From assembly GCA_944393375.1 (NCBI GenBank), contig CALXZX010000004.1, positions 6,163 through 70,162 of the forward strand: a stretch of DNA of 64,000 bases, given 5' to 3'. Shown piece by piece: positions 43,445-53,473 of the stretch. The notes beneath the pieces were generated by a model that was not told the origin of the DNA, ran no database searches, and saw only the letters and a program-made list of their open reading frames with translations. Position 1 is the first letter of the stretch. Each line of letters opens with the position of its first letter. The translations under genes and the position numbers were made by a program. This DNA is from an uncultured Clostridia bacterium (GTDB lineage Bacteria > Bacillota > Clostridia > TANB77 > CAG-508).

Positions 43445-45175
43445 TTATTTTACCACTTCTAACATTGCTTGTTTCAAATCTTCTAATTTTTTCGTTGCTT
43501 CTTCATCAGTTTTTCCCTTTACACCCATATATAATTTTATTTTTGGTTCTGTTCCTGATGGTCTGATACAACACCAATTATTATCTTCTAATTCATAATA
43601 TAAAACATTTGATTTTGGAAGACCACTTTTACTTTCTTCTCCTGTTACCATATCTTTCACATAATCTCTATCTATATCCTTAAAAGTTAATACCTTATAT
43701 TCTCCGATCTTTTCTATATCTTTATTACGTGTATTTGTCATCATTTGTTTGATTTCTTCTGCTCCTTCTGCTCCTTCTCTTACAATAGACACTTGTGTTT
43801 CCTTGTAATAACCATACTTTTCATAAATTGCTATCATTTGGTCCCATAATGTCATTCCTTTTGATTGATAATAGCATGCTGCTTCACAAAGTGCCATAAC
43901 AGCTGCAATTCCATCTTTATCTCTTGCATAATCTCCAATTAAGCAACCATAACTTTCTTCAAATCCAAATACATATTGTTTATCTTTATTTTCTTCAGCT
44001 TTTCTCATAACTGCACCAATATTTTTAAATCCGGTTAATACTTCGATAACTTCTAATCCATAATATTCTCCAATTGCTTTTGTTAAATTAGAAGATACAA
44101 TTGTGGTTATCATCATTCCATTTTTAGGTAAAATATCTTTTTCTTTCATTTGAGATATTCTATATTCTGCAATTAATAATGCTGACATATTTCCTGTATA
44201 ATCTTTATATTTTCCTGTTTTTGTATCTTTTGCAAAAATACCTAATCTATCTGCATCTGGGTCAGTTGCTAATACAACATCTGCATCTACTTTTTTCGCT
44301 AATTCTAATGCCAATTTAAATGCTTTTGGATCTTCTGGATTTGGATAATCCACTGTTGGGAAATTTCCATCTGGTTCTTTTTGTTCTGGAACAACATATA
44401 GATTTTCAATTCCTATTTCTTTTAATAATCTTTCTGCTACCATATTTCCTGTTCCATGTAATGGTGTATAGACTACTTTTATTTTTTTTCCTTGTTCTTT
44501 TACGATTTCTGGATTTAAGATTAAACTTTTTAGTTTTTCAATATATTTATCATCCATTTCTTTTCCTACAAAGTTTAATAATCCTTTATTTTTCGCTTCT
44601 GCCTCTGATGTTTGTTTTATCTCAGAAAAGTTTTTAACTGCTCTAACTTTTGCAATAATATCTTTATCTCTTGGTGATACAATTTGTGCTCCGTCATCCC
44701 AATATACTTTATATCCATTATATTTTGGTGGATTATGACTGGCTGTTATCATAATTCCTGCTGTACATTGTAATTCTCTTATGGCAAAAGATAATTCCGG
44801 AACTGGTCTTAAACTTTCAAATAAGTATGTTTTGATTCCATTTGCACATAAAATTAATGCTGTTTGCATACTAAATTCTTTTGACATTTTTCTAGAATCA
44901 TAGCTAATCGCTACACCTTTATTTTCTGTACCTTGTTCTAATATATAATTTGCTAATCCTTGTGTTGCTTTTCCTACTGTATATTGATTCATTCTATTGG
45001 TTCCTGCTCCAATGACACCCCTAAGTCCTGCTGTTCCAAATTCTAATTCTTTATAAAATCTATCTTCTATTTCCTTTTCATTATCTTTTATTGCTAGTAA
45101 TTCTTTTTTCGTTTCTTCATCAAATTCTGGACTTTCACACCACTTTTTATATTCTTCTAAATAACTCATAACCAA
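43445..45175 (-). CDS. Phosphoglucomutase/phosphomannomutase (PgcA-like)
   Basis: FGTAGLRG, TASHNP, DPDADR, FEESYG and RPSGTEPK motifs. Confidence 0.92.
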   Translation of the reverse strand: MVMSYLEEYKKWCESPEFDEETKKELLAIKDNEKEIEDRFYKELEFGTAGLRGVIGAGTNRMNQYTVGKATQGLANYILEQGTENKGVAISYDSRKMSKEFSMQTALILCANGIKTYLFESLRPVPELSFAIRELQCTAGIMITASHNPPKYNGYKVYWDDGAQIVSPRDKDIIAKVRAVKNFSEIKQTSEAEAKNKGLLNFVGKEMDDKYIEKLKSLILNPEIVKEQGKKIKVVYTPLHGTGNMVAERLLKEIGIENLYVVPEQKEPDGNFPTVDYPNPEDPKAFKLALELAKKVDADVVLATDPDADRLGIFAKDTKTGKYKDYTGNMSALLIAEYRISQMKEKDILPKNGMMITTIVSSNLTKAIGEYYGLEVIEVLTGFKNIGAVMRKAEENKDKQYVFGFEESYGCLIGDYARDKDGIAAVMALCEAACYYQSKGMTLWDQMIAIYEKYGYYKETQVSIVREGAEGAEEIKQMMTNTRNKDIEKIGEYKVLTFKDIDRDYVKDMVTGEESKSGLPKSNVLYYELEDNNWCCIRPSGTEPKIKLYMGVKGKTDEEATKKLEDLKQAMLEVVK

Positions 45176-45241
45176 AACCTCCTTTATATTTTATAAAAAA
45201 GGATTGAATACTATCGTCTAATATTCAACCCTAATCATTAT

Positions 45242-46501
45242 TTAATCTAAATGATAAAATTTCTTGTATAATTCTCTCGCAGTCTTAGGGCAATCTACAC
45301 CTTTTTCATCACTATTTTTTACTGGTGCAAATTCTTCTTCTCTTTTTACTCTTAAAACCGCCATATCATCTACTTCACCGAAAGCATCAAATAGAAATGC
45401 TTCAAATTTATATGCATTTGGTGAATCTGGTTCTACTAACTTTCCATCTTTATCAATATATTTTGCTTTTTTAAATGCAACATGATATGGTAATGGTTCT
45501 GCCCCCATTCTTTCAATTGCATCAATACTAAACAAATTACATAATATATGTGATTCACCATATAGTAATTCTCCATTTTCGTCAGTAGCTTCTGCCATTT
45601 CATCTGTAATTTCTGAATATTCAATTACATTTGGTTTTCCATTTCTTTTACAAAATACACCTACTTTTTCATGTGGATTTGCTTTTACTACAGATTTACA
45701 AGCCACTGTTACTTTTTTATCAATAGCAATTCCCATTAAAACAGGATCTACCATTTTTACTAAGCAATTATCTACTCCACCAATAAATACCCATTCAACG
45801 CCTAATTCTCTCATTTTCTTTGTCATGTTTGTTTTTACTAATGATTCGTAAATTCCACCATGTCCATCTGCTGCAAGTTTTACTAATCCATCTTCTCCAA
45901 TTAGTATCTTACCTTCTGTATCCATCATAGGAAGTTCACCTTGTTCAAAGAAGAAGATGTTTTTATCTTTTTTATAACCAAAATATCTATGTTTTTCAAA
46001 AAATTCAACTGTATCTTTATTATTCTCTCTACTTGTCATGATAAACCAAGGAATCACAACTCCATATTTTTTTCCTTCTTCTTTTAAATTATCAGATAAT
46101 AATTCAAATAAAGATTTATGTGAGTCTAATCCAATATCATATGTTCCCTTTGGTCCACTATGACCTAATCTTGTTCCTTGTCCTCCTGCCATTGTAACTG
46201 CTGCTAATTTTCCTTCTTTAATTGCTTTTTTCCCTATAGTTTCATAATATTTATATTGGTCATTTAATTTATATTTATCTAAATAATTAATTGGTGTAAT
46301 TTTATCATTGGTATTTGTCTTTTGTTCTTTTGTGCTATCATACAATTTATTTACAAGTTCAAAATCAATATGACTAATTTGTTTTAATAATGTTTCCTTT
46401 TTCTTCTCGTCTAGTTGATCATAATGATTTAATAAATGTTCTTGGCCATATTTTTTTAATATATCTTTCACTTCTTCTAATTCTGTATCCATAGTTTTCA
46501 T
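45242..46501 (-). CDS. UDP-sugar pyrophosphorylase, eukaryotic UAP1-like (UDPGP family)
   Basis: MAGGQGTRLG..PKG, DGHGG, GVDN, EYSE, KFEAFLFD and FAPVKN motifs. Confidence 0.85.
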   Translation of the reverse strand: MKTMDTELEEVKDILKKYGQEHLLNHYDQLDEKKKETLLKQISHIDFELVNKLYDSTKEQKTNTNDKITPINYLDKYKLNDQYKYYETIGKKAIKEGKLAAVTMAGGQGTRLGHSGPKGTYDIGLDSHKSLFELLSDNLKEEGKKYGVVIPWFIMTSRENNKDTVEFFEKHRYFGYKKDKNIFFFEQGELPMMDTEGKILIGEDGLVKLAADGHGGIYESLVKTNMTKKMRELGVEWVFIGGVDNCLVKMVDPVLMGIAIDKKVTVACKSVVKANPHEKVGVFCKRNGKPNVIEYSEITDEMAEATDENGELLYGESHILCNLFSIDAIERMGAEPLPYHVAFKKAKYIDKDGKLVEPDSPNAYKFEAFLFDAFGEVDDMAVLRVKREEEFAPVKNSDEKGVDCPKTARELYKKFYHLD

Positions 46502-46607
46502 CCTTTCTAAAATTTAAAATCACTCCTATATTACACCATAATTTTATTTTAGTCAATTATTGACAGGTAAAAAGTTTACCTGTCATTTTACTTCTTATTT
46601 TCCTTTC

Positions 46608-47063
46608 CTACATCTTACATGTCCCTAAGACTTTGTCATATTTTTTAGCAATTTCATCTATCTTTTCTTCTATTTCAAAAAACTCATAACAATCAATAAT
46701 TTTTACATGCTTATCTGTTACTACCCATTTTTCAATGTTTTTATTAATATTTTTGATATAATTTTGTTTTCCTTTAACAAAAATAATCATATCTACGTCT
46801 TCTTTTGTTTTTTTACTAATCTCTTTAAATTTTTTCAAATCATTGTTATTCCAATCTAATGATAATATTTTTTCTCGTTTTTCTTCTTGTAGATTCATTT
46901 TTGATATTAATGTATTTACTGTATCTTTTAAATCGTTTTCTGTTAATATAACAATTTCTTTGTTTTCATCCATCCCTTTACTAATATATGGTAAACTAAT
47001 CATTTCAAAATGATAATCACTTGCATAAAATGCACAACTTTTTTCTTTTGTTATATTTTCCAT
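46608..47063 (-). CDS. Hypothetical protein
   Basis: ORF 46608..47117; likely start at ATG 47063 after AAAGGA. Confidence 0.6.
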   Translation of the reverse strand: MENITKEKSCAFYASDYHFEMISLPYISKGMDENKEIVILTENDLKDTVNTLISKMNLQEEKREKILSLDWNNNDLKKFKEISKKTKEDVDMIIFVKGKQNYIKNINKNIEKWVVTDKHVKIIDCYEFFEIEEKIDEIAKKYDKVLGTCKM

Positions 47064-47190
47064 CACAAACATTCCTTTCAAATTCATATAACCATACGGA
47101 ATTGTTAATTTCTTCATTTTGCTTACTGGTAAATTTTACCATTTCATTACAAATATGTCAATCATATTTCAAAGAAACTTATCGTTTTTT

Positions 47191-47197
47191 TTCGACA
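47191..47197. promoter_or_regulatory. Possible Spo0A box (TGTCGAA on the minus strand)
   Basis: TTCGACA in the divergent intergenic region upstream of spoIIR; short motif, could be chance. Confidence 0.3.
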
Positions 47198-47272
47198 ATG
47201 TATATTTTTTCTTTTTTTGTTAATACTTATCTTAAAGAATATTTTAGAAAAAAAGTTTATTGGAGGTAACTT

Positions 47273-47941
47273 ATGAAAAAATTTTTAAAATTATGTAATC
47301 ATTCCAAGGTAAAAATGGTAATCATTTTAACATTTCTATTTTTTGCCTATACAACCATTTGTGCCATATCTTATGCGAATGATGTTTCTACTGATATTGC
47401 TGATTCTGTATTTCGTTTACATGTAATTGCAAACAGTGATAGTGAGGTCGACCAAAATTTAAAATATATTGTTAGAGATCATTTATTAAAATATATGAAT
47501 ACATTATGTGCAAATTGTACTTCTAAAGAAGAAGCAATTGCAATTGCTAATGAACACATAGAAGATTTTAAAGAAATTGCTTTAAATACAATTAGAGATG
47601 AAGGATTTGACTATTGTGTTAATGTTCGTATCGGAAACTTTGAATTCCCAACAAAACACTATGGGGATATTTCGCTTCCAGCAGGATATTATGATGCTTT
47701 AAGAATAGAAATTGGTGAAGCCAAAGGTCAAAATTGGTGGTGTGTCATGTTTCCTCCTTTATGTTTTGTAGACGCTTCTTCTGGAGTTGTTCCTGAAGAA
47801 TCCAAAGAAGATTTAGAAAATTCCTTAACTGATGAAGAATTTTCTATCGTATCTGATAATGAAGATAATCTTACTTTTAAATTAAAATTTAAAATATTAG
47901 AAATTTTAAACAATACAGGCCTAATTACTGCTAAAAAATAG
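47273..47941 (+). CDS. spoIIR: Stage II sporulation protein R
   Basis: FRLHVIANSDS..DQ.LK..VRD and G.NWWCVMFPPLCF motifs. Confidence 0.95.
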   Translation: MKKFLKLCNHSKVKMVIILTFLFFAYTTICAISYANDVSTDIADSVFRLHVIANSDSEVDQNLKYIVRDHLLKYMNTLCANCTSKEEAIAIANEHIEDFKEIALNTIRDEGFDYCVNVRIGNFEFPTKHYGDISLPAGYYDALRIEIGEAKGQNWWCVMFPPLCFVDASSGVVPEESKEDLENSLTDEEFSIVSDNEDNLTFKLKFKILEILNNTGLITAKK

Positions 47942-48056
47942 TTGCAATCTAGATTGGTTTATGATATAGTTGATAGGAAAAGTAGAGTGTAAGATAATAT
48001 ACACTCTATTTTATTTTAAAATTCATAATATATAAATTTTATTGGGGGTATATAAA

Positions 48057-49316
48057 TTGGAAAAATTAGTTGTAAAAGGACCCACACCACTAAAAGGAGA
48101 AGTAACCATTAGCGGTGCCAAAAATGCTGCCGTTGCAATTTTGCCAGCTACTCTTTTAATTGATGGTGTATGTACAATAGAAAATTTACCAAATATTAGT
48201 GATATAAAAATATCTTGTACAATATTAGAAAAATTAGGTGCCAAAATTACTTGGAATGATACCCATAGTATCACCATTGATACATCTAACATCACAACAA
48301 CAAAAGCACCTTTAGATTTAACAAGTAAATTTAGAGCTTCTTACTATATTATTGGCGCTATGCTTAGTCGAAAAGGTGAAATTGAAGTTGGTATGCCTGG
48401 GGGTTGTAAATTGGGTGCAAGACCAATTGATCAACATATTAAAGGATTTGAATTATTAGGAGCAAATGTTACTGTAGAAAAAGGAAAAATCTATGCGAAA
48501 GCAAAAAAATTAAAAGGTTGTCCTATTTATATGGATATTGTATCAGTTGGTGCTACTATTAATGTTATGTTATCAGCAGTGCTTGCAAAAGGAACAACCA
48601 TTATTGACAATGCTGCAAAAGAACCACATATCGTTGATGTTGCTAACTTTTTAAATACAATGGGTGCTGATATCAGAGGTGCAGGAACTGATGTCATAAA
48701 AATCAATGGTGTTGAAAGACTAAAAGGAAATGCAACCTACTCTGTTGTTCCTGACCAAATTGAAGCAGGTACTTTTATGCTTGCTGCTGTTGCAACAAAA
48801 GGAGATTTATTAATTAAAAATTGTATTACCAAACACTTAGAGTCTATTACTGCCAAAATCGTAGAAATTGGTGGTAATGTAGAAGACAATGGGGATAGTA
48901 TTCGTGTTTGGTGTAACAAAAGACCTAACAGAGCTACTATTAAAACATTACCATATCCTGGTTTTCCTACAGATTTACAACCACAGATGGGTGTTGTTTT
49001 ATCACTAGCAAATGGGACAAGCACCATTAATGAAAGTATATGGGATTCTAGATTCCAATATACAGAAGAATTAAATAAAATGGGAGCAAAAATTACTGCT
49101 CATGGAAAAACGGCCTTTTTTGAAGGTGTCAAAAAATTAACTGGTGCACCGGTATATTCTTCTGATTTAAGAGCTGGAGCTGCTTTAGTTATTGCAGGTA
49201 CTGCTGCAGAAGGTGTAACAGAAATCTATAATCTAGAACACATTGATAGGGGATATGAAAATATAGAGGAAAAATTTAGAAACATAGGTGCTAAAATTGA
49301 AAGAGTAACAGAATAA
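48057..49316 (+). CDS. murA: UDP-N-acetylglucosamine 1-carboxyvinyltransferase
   Basis: SGAKNAA, PGGCKLGARPIDQH, PGFPTDLQ and HIDRGYE motifs; likely TTG start at 48057. Confidence 0.95.
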   Translation: MEKLVVKGPTPLKGEVTISGAKNAAVAILPATLLIDGVCTIENLPNISDIKISCTILEKLGAKITWNDTHSITIDTSNITTTKAPLDLTSKFRASYYIIGAMLSRKGEIEVGMPGGCKLGARPIDQHIKGFELLGANVTVEKGKIYAKAKKLKGCPIYMDIVSVGATINVMLSAVLAKGTTIIDNAAKEPHIVDVANFLNTMGADIRGAGTDVIKINGVERLKGNATYSVVPDQIEAGTFMLAAVATKGDLLIKNCITKHLESITAKIVEIGGNVEDNGDSIRVWCNKRPNRATIKTLPYPGFPTDLQPQMGVVLSLANGTSTINESIWDSRFQYTEELNKMGAKITAHGKTAFFEGVKKLTGAPVYSSDLRAGAALVIAGTAAEGVTEIYNLEHIDRGYENIEEKFRNIGAKIERVTE

Positions 49317-49354
49317 GAAATAGAAATAAACAAAGGAAAGAGATTGAAAAAATT

Positions 49355-50144
49355 ATGCTTAATTTTTGTAGTTTATATAGTGGAAGTAGTGGAAATAGCT
49401 TATTTGTTGAAACAGACAATACAAAATTATTAATTGATGCAGGTGTTAGCAGTAAAAAAATAGAAAAAGCTTTGAACGACTTAAATGTTGATCCTAATAC
49501 CTTAGATGGTATTTTGGTTACTCATGAACATTCAGACCATGTACAAGGATTAGGAACTTTTTCTAAAAAATTTGATTTACCGGTGTTTGTCAATCAAGAA
49601 ACATTAGATGCTATGCCAAAACAAAGAGATAAAATTGCAGATAAAAATATCAAAAAATTTAAAGTTGCAGAAAAATTTTCAATAGGAGATTTGGATATTA
49701 ATCCATTTTCCATTCCTCATGATGCTGCAAATCCTTGTGGATTTACCATATTAAATGAAAATAAGAAAATTAGTATTGCAACAGATATTGGACATATGAC
49801 AAATGACATTTTAAAAAATTTGGAAGAAAGCTTATTTGTTATGTTAGAATCTAACTATGATCCAGAAGTATTAAAATGCTCATCATATCCGTTTTCTCTA
49901 AAATCCAGAATTGCTGGACCATCACGGACATTTGTCAAATCAAATTGCTGGAAAAACCATTTCTTTTTTATTAAAATCAGGCTTAAAAAATGCCATGCTT
50001 GGTCATTTAAGTAAAGAAAGTAATTTTCCAGAACTTGCCTATAAAACAGTTGTCGAAGAATTAATTGCCAATAATTATAATGAAAATTCTTTAGCACTAT
50101 CTGTAGCAGGTAGGGATACACATAGTAAATTAGTTACGATTTAA
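49355..50144 (+). CDS. walJ: Metallo-beta-lactamase-fold exonuclease WalJ/YycJ, with a +1 frameshift at CGG 49925-49927 (262 aa when joined)
   Basis: SGSSGN, THEHSDH, HDA, TDIG and ESNYD motifs. Sequence CCA TCA C GGA CAT TTG TCA AAT; the +1 frame gives GHLSN...LGHLSKESNFPELA. Lies upstream of rlmH. Confidence 0.88.
49925..49928 (+). other. Putative +1 recoding site CGG-A in walJ
   Basis: In-frame CGG; skipping the C restores the conserved GHLSN. Confidence 0.75.
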
Positions 50145-50182
50145 AAAAGGGATTTCGGGGACGGACTCAAAAATCCCTTTTT
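50145..50182 (+). repeat. Single copy of the GGGATTTYGGGGACGGASTCA repeat, folding as a hairpin
   Basis: AAGGGATTTCGGGGACGGACTCAAAAATCCCTTTTT is near-identical to the arms at 12753 and 12888, and starts right after the walJ stop codon. Confidence 0.75.
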
Positions 50183-50264
50183 CTCTTTGTTTCCTTTCGC
50201 AACTTCTTTAATATTTTATAAAGAAATAAACTTTGAAAACTTAAAATTCACAAAGGAGTATAAC

Positions 50265-50744
50265 ATGTTAAATATTAATATTGTATGTATTGGAAAAATT
50301 AAAGAAAATTATTTAAAAGATGCCATAAATGAATATTCTAAAAGATTAAGTAAATATTGTAAATTAACTATTTTAGAATTACCTGATGAAAAAATACCAG
50401 ATAAATTAAATGAAAGTCTTTCTAATGAAATTAAAAACAAAGAGTCTAATGCTATATTAGACCATATTAAAAAAGATTCTTATATCATTTGTTTAGATTT
50501 AACTGGTAAAGAACTTTCTTCTGAAGAATTTTCAAAAAACATAGAAAAATTATCTTTGCAAACGAGTAATATTACTTTTGTCATTGGAGGTTCTTTAGGA
50601 CTTTCTTCTGATTTATTAAAAAAAGCTCACCAAAAGATATGTTTTTCAAAAATGACATTTCCTCATCAATTAATTCGTGTCTTTTTATTAGAACAAATTT
50701 TTAGAGGATTTAAAATATCAAATGGTGAAACTTATCATAGATAA
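50265..50744 (+). CDS. rlmH: 23S rRNA pseudouridine(1915)-N3 methyltransferase
   Basis: FVIGGSLG, SKMTFPHQLIRVFLLEQIFR and YH motifs; ATG at 50265 after AAGGAG. Confidence 0.95.
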   Translation: MLNINIVCIGKIKENYLKDAINEYSKRLSKYCKLTILELPDEKIPDKLNESLSNEIKNKESNAILDHIKKDSYIICLDLTGKELSSEEFSKNIEKLSLQTSNITFVIGGSLGLSSDLLKKAHQKICFSKMTFPHQLIRVFLLEQIFRGFKISNGETYHR

Positions 50745-51046
50745 ATATATATTATTTGTAGAGAAAATAACATAGAAAAAAATATTTAAAAGAATATAGG
50801 GGCAAAAAAATTTTAAATACTAATTATGGGGGATTTGTTATTTCCTCTACAAAATTAAAAACTTGATTTTTTTGAATTGTTTTCTGATTTTAAAATTTTA
50901 TAAAATAATATTTTTACAATCATTATTCTAACTATAAAAAATATTGAAATAAATACTACTATTTTTAATAACATTTGATTTGAATATCCTTATTGATTTA
51001 ATTTCCATAATTATACAATATATGTAAAAAATTGTCAAGAAAAACT

Positions 51047-51577
51047 TTACGACAAAAAACGACATACAATGATACTGGTTATAATTCCAACAATATCTGC
51101 TGTTAACGCTGCTATCAAGACAAATCTTGTCTTCTTTATTTTTACACTTGAAGAATATACTGCAATTGTATATAATGTCGTCTCTGTTGCTCCCATAATA
51201 ACAGCTGCCATAATTCCAATTTGGCTATCCACTCCAAAATTTTTCATAATATCTGTTGCAATTGCTATTGAACTACTTCCTGATATTGGTCTTAACAGTG
51301 CTAATGGCATAATTTCTGTTGGAAAATGTACAATATTTAATAAAGGTTCTATCAATTTGATAGCTATATCAATCACACCTGAACTTCTTAATGTCCCTAC
51401 TGCTAAAAAAAGACCTATTAAAGTCGGAAAAATATTGATGACAATTTTTATTCCATCTTTTGCTCCTTCAATAAATTTATCAAAAACTTCTTTTTTTTCT
51501 ATCACACCATATATAACAATGATTAATATAATTAGTGGCATTGCCAAATTTGATAAAAAATTAATAATATTTATCAT
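51047..51577 (-). CDS. spmB: Spore maturation protein B
   Basis: FIEGAKDG, PLALLRPISGS and GATETTLYT motifs. Confidence 0.92.
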   Translation of the reverse strand: MINIINFLSNLAMPLIILIIVIYGVIEKKEVFDKFIEGAKDGIKIVINIFPTLIGLFLAVGTLRSSGVIDIAIKLIEPLLNIVHFPTEIMPLALLRPISGSSSIAIATDIMKNFGVDSQIGIMAAVIMGATETTLYTIAVYSSSVKIKKTRFVLIAALTADIVGIITSIIVCRFLS

Positions 51578-52176
51578 ATATTCTCCCTTTTATTAGAATA
51601 CTTAATAAGCAATTTTGTTACCGTGATTCCAACAATTGCTGCACAGATTGTTGCTATCCATACAGGAACAATAATAGAAGTTGGATTTTCTGAACCTAAT
51701 GAACTTCTTATAGCAATAATCGTTGTAGGAATGATTTGAATTGATGCCGTATTTATTACAATTAACATAATCATAGAATTACTTAATTCTTCTTTATTCT
51801 TATTTTCTTCTTGTAAAGTTTCCAATGCTTTTAACCCTAATGGTGTAGCTGCATTTCCTAATCCTAAAATATTGGCTATCATATTCATAGAAATTTCACT
51901 TTGTGCTTTTTTATTTTCTCTGATTTCTGGAAATAGAAATCTGACAATTGGTTTTAATATTTTATTCATCATTTTCATTATATTGGTATTTGCTGCAACA
52001 TTGATAATTCCACTCCATAAACACATTGTTCCTAACATAGTAATACTTAAGTTTACAGCACTTTCCACACTATCAAAAATGCTAGAATTCAAATTTTGTA
52101 AATTTCCTGAAAAAATTGCATAAGAAAATGATATTATTATGAAAATTGGCCAAACTAAATTTAACATATTTATCAC
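51574..52176 (-). CDS. spmA: Spore maturation protein A
   Basis: NMIANILGLGNAATPLGLKA and INTASIQIIPTT motifs. Confidence 0.93.
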   Translation of the reverse strand: MINMLNLVWPIFIIISFSYAIFSGNLQNLNSSIFDSVESAVNLSITMLGTMCLWSGIINVAANTNIMKMMNKILKPIVRFLFPEIRENKKAQSEISMNMIANILGLGNAATPLGLKALETLQEENKNKEELSNSMIMLIVINTASIQIIPTTIIAIRSSLGSENPTSIIVPVWIATICAAIVGITVTKLLIKYSNKRENI

Positions 52177-52297
52177 CTAAATAATTTTATTCTATTATCA
52201 ATTTTTTATTACTTTTTAATTGACCTGCTTGTCTATTTGTGATATAGTAACAATGTATATAGGGTTGTAAATTAACTTTTTAAGGGGGGATAAACTT

Positions 52298-52552
52298 ATG
52301 AAATCAACAGGAATTATTCGAAAAGTAGATGAACTAGGAAGAGTAGTTATTCCTATCGAAATCAGAAATCAATTTAACATTGCTGAAAAAGATCCTATTG
52401 AAATATATGTTGATGGTTCATCAATCGTACTAAAGAAATATGAGCCAAATTGTATTTTTTGTGGAAATACTGAAAATTTAATCAATTATAACGATAAATT
52501 AATTTGTGAAGATTGTTCAAAAAAAATAAGTAAATTAAAACCAAGTAAATAA
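52298..52552 (+). CDS. abrB: AbrB-family transition-state regulator
   Basis: MKSTGIIRKVDELGRVVIPIEIR...CIFCG...IC..C. Confidence 0.92.
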   Translation: MKSTGIIRKVDELGRVVIPIEIRNQFNIAEKDPIEIYVDGSSIVLKKYEPNCIFCGNTENLINYNDKLICEDCSKKISKLKPSK

Positions 52553-52609
52553 GAGCTTTGCTCTTACTTACTTGGTCCTTTTGTTTTTAGCATTGTTATC
52601 ATTTCCTAT

Positions 52610-53455
52610 TTAATTCTTATCGATAAATTGTTGATATATTTCATTTTTATTGACATTTCTGTCTTTTGCTATTTGCTTAATAATTTCTTTTTTGCTAAGC
52701 CCTCTTTCTTCATAATATCTATAATGCTCTTGTAAAGATAGCTGTAACAAATCATTTTCTTCTTTTTTCTCTGCACCTTCTATTAGTAAAACAATTTCTC
52801 CTTTTAATTCTTTTGCTTTATCAATTAATACATCTATATTTTCTCTGATATATTCTTCATGGATTTTGGTTAACTCTCTTGCCAATACAATTTTTCTATT
52901 TCCAATCATTTCTTTTAAATCTTTTAATGTGGTCTCCAATTTATGTGGTGCTTCATAGAGAATCATTGTTTTTGTTGTATTTTTAATTTCTTCTAATTTT
53001 TCTTTTCTGTTTTTCTTATTCAATGGTAAGAATCCGATAAATACAAATTCTTTTGTATCTAGTCCTGAACATATTAATGCATTAATCATTGCACAAGCTC
53101 CTGGAATTGGCACAATAGGGATCTTCTCCTCTATACATTTTTTAATAACTTCCTCTCCTGGGTCACAAATTCCTGGAGTTCCCGCATCAGAAACAAGTGC
53201 TATCTGTTTTCCCTGTTTTAATTCTTTAATTAATATATCTGTTTTTACATCTTCATTATGTCTATGATAACTCATTAATGGTTTTGATATTTCTAAATGA
53301 TTTAATAATTTCAAAGTATGTCTTGTATCTTCTGCTGCAATCAAATCTACTTCTTTTAATATGTTGATTGCTCTTAATGTAATATCTTCTAAATTACCAA
53401 TAGGTGTTGCAACAATGTATAAAGTTCCTATTTCTTTTGGATTCATTTCTTTCAT
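52610..53455 (-). CDS. rsmI: 16S rRNA C1402 2'-O-methyltransferase
   Basis: VATPIGNLEDIT, AAEDTR, SDAGTPGICDPG and RELTKIHEE motifs. Confidence 0.95.
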   Translation of the reverse strand: MKEMNPKEIGTLYIVATPIGNLEDITLRAINILKEVDLIAAEDTRHTLKLLNHLEISKPLMSYHRHNEDVKTDILIKELKQGKQIALVSDAGTPGICDPGEEVIKKCIEEKIPIVPIPGACAMINALICSGLDTKEFVFIGFLPLNKKNRKEKLEEIKNTTKTMILYEAPHKLETTLKDLKEMIGNRKIVLARELTKIHEEYIRENIDVLIDKAKELKGEIVLLIEGAEKKEENDLLQLSLQEHYRYYEERGLSKKEIIKQIAKDRNVNKNEIYQQFIDKN

Positions 53456-53473
53456 ATGTTTATCCTTTCTTTT

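Noticed and set aside
49248..49251. AGG as a second shift-prone or reassigned codon
   Set aside because: AGG-G in murA encodes the conserved Arg of HIDRGYE with no frame change, and a cognate tRNA is present.
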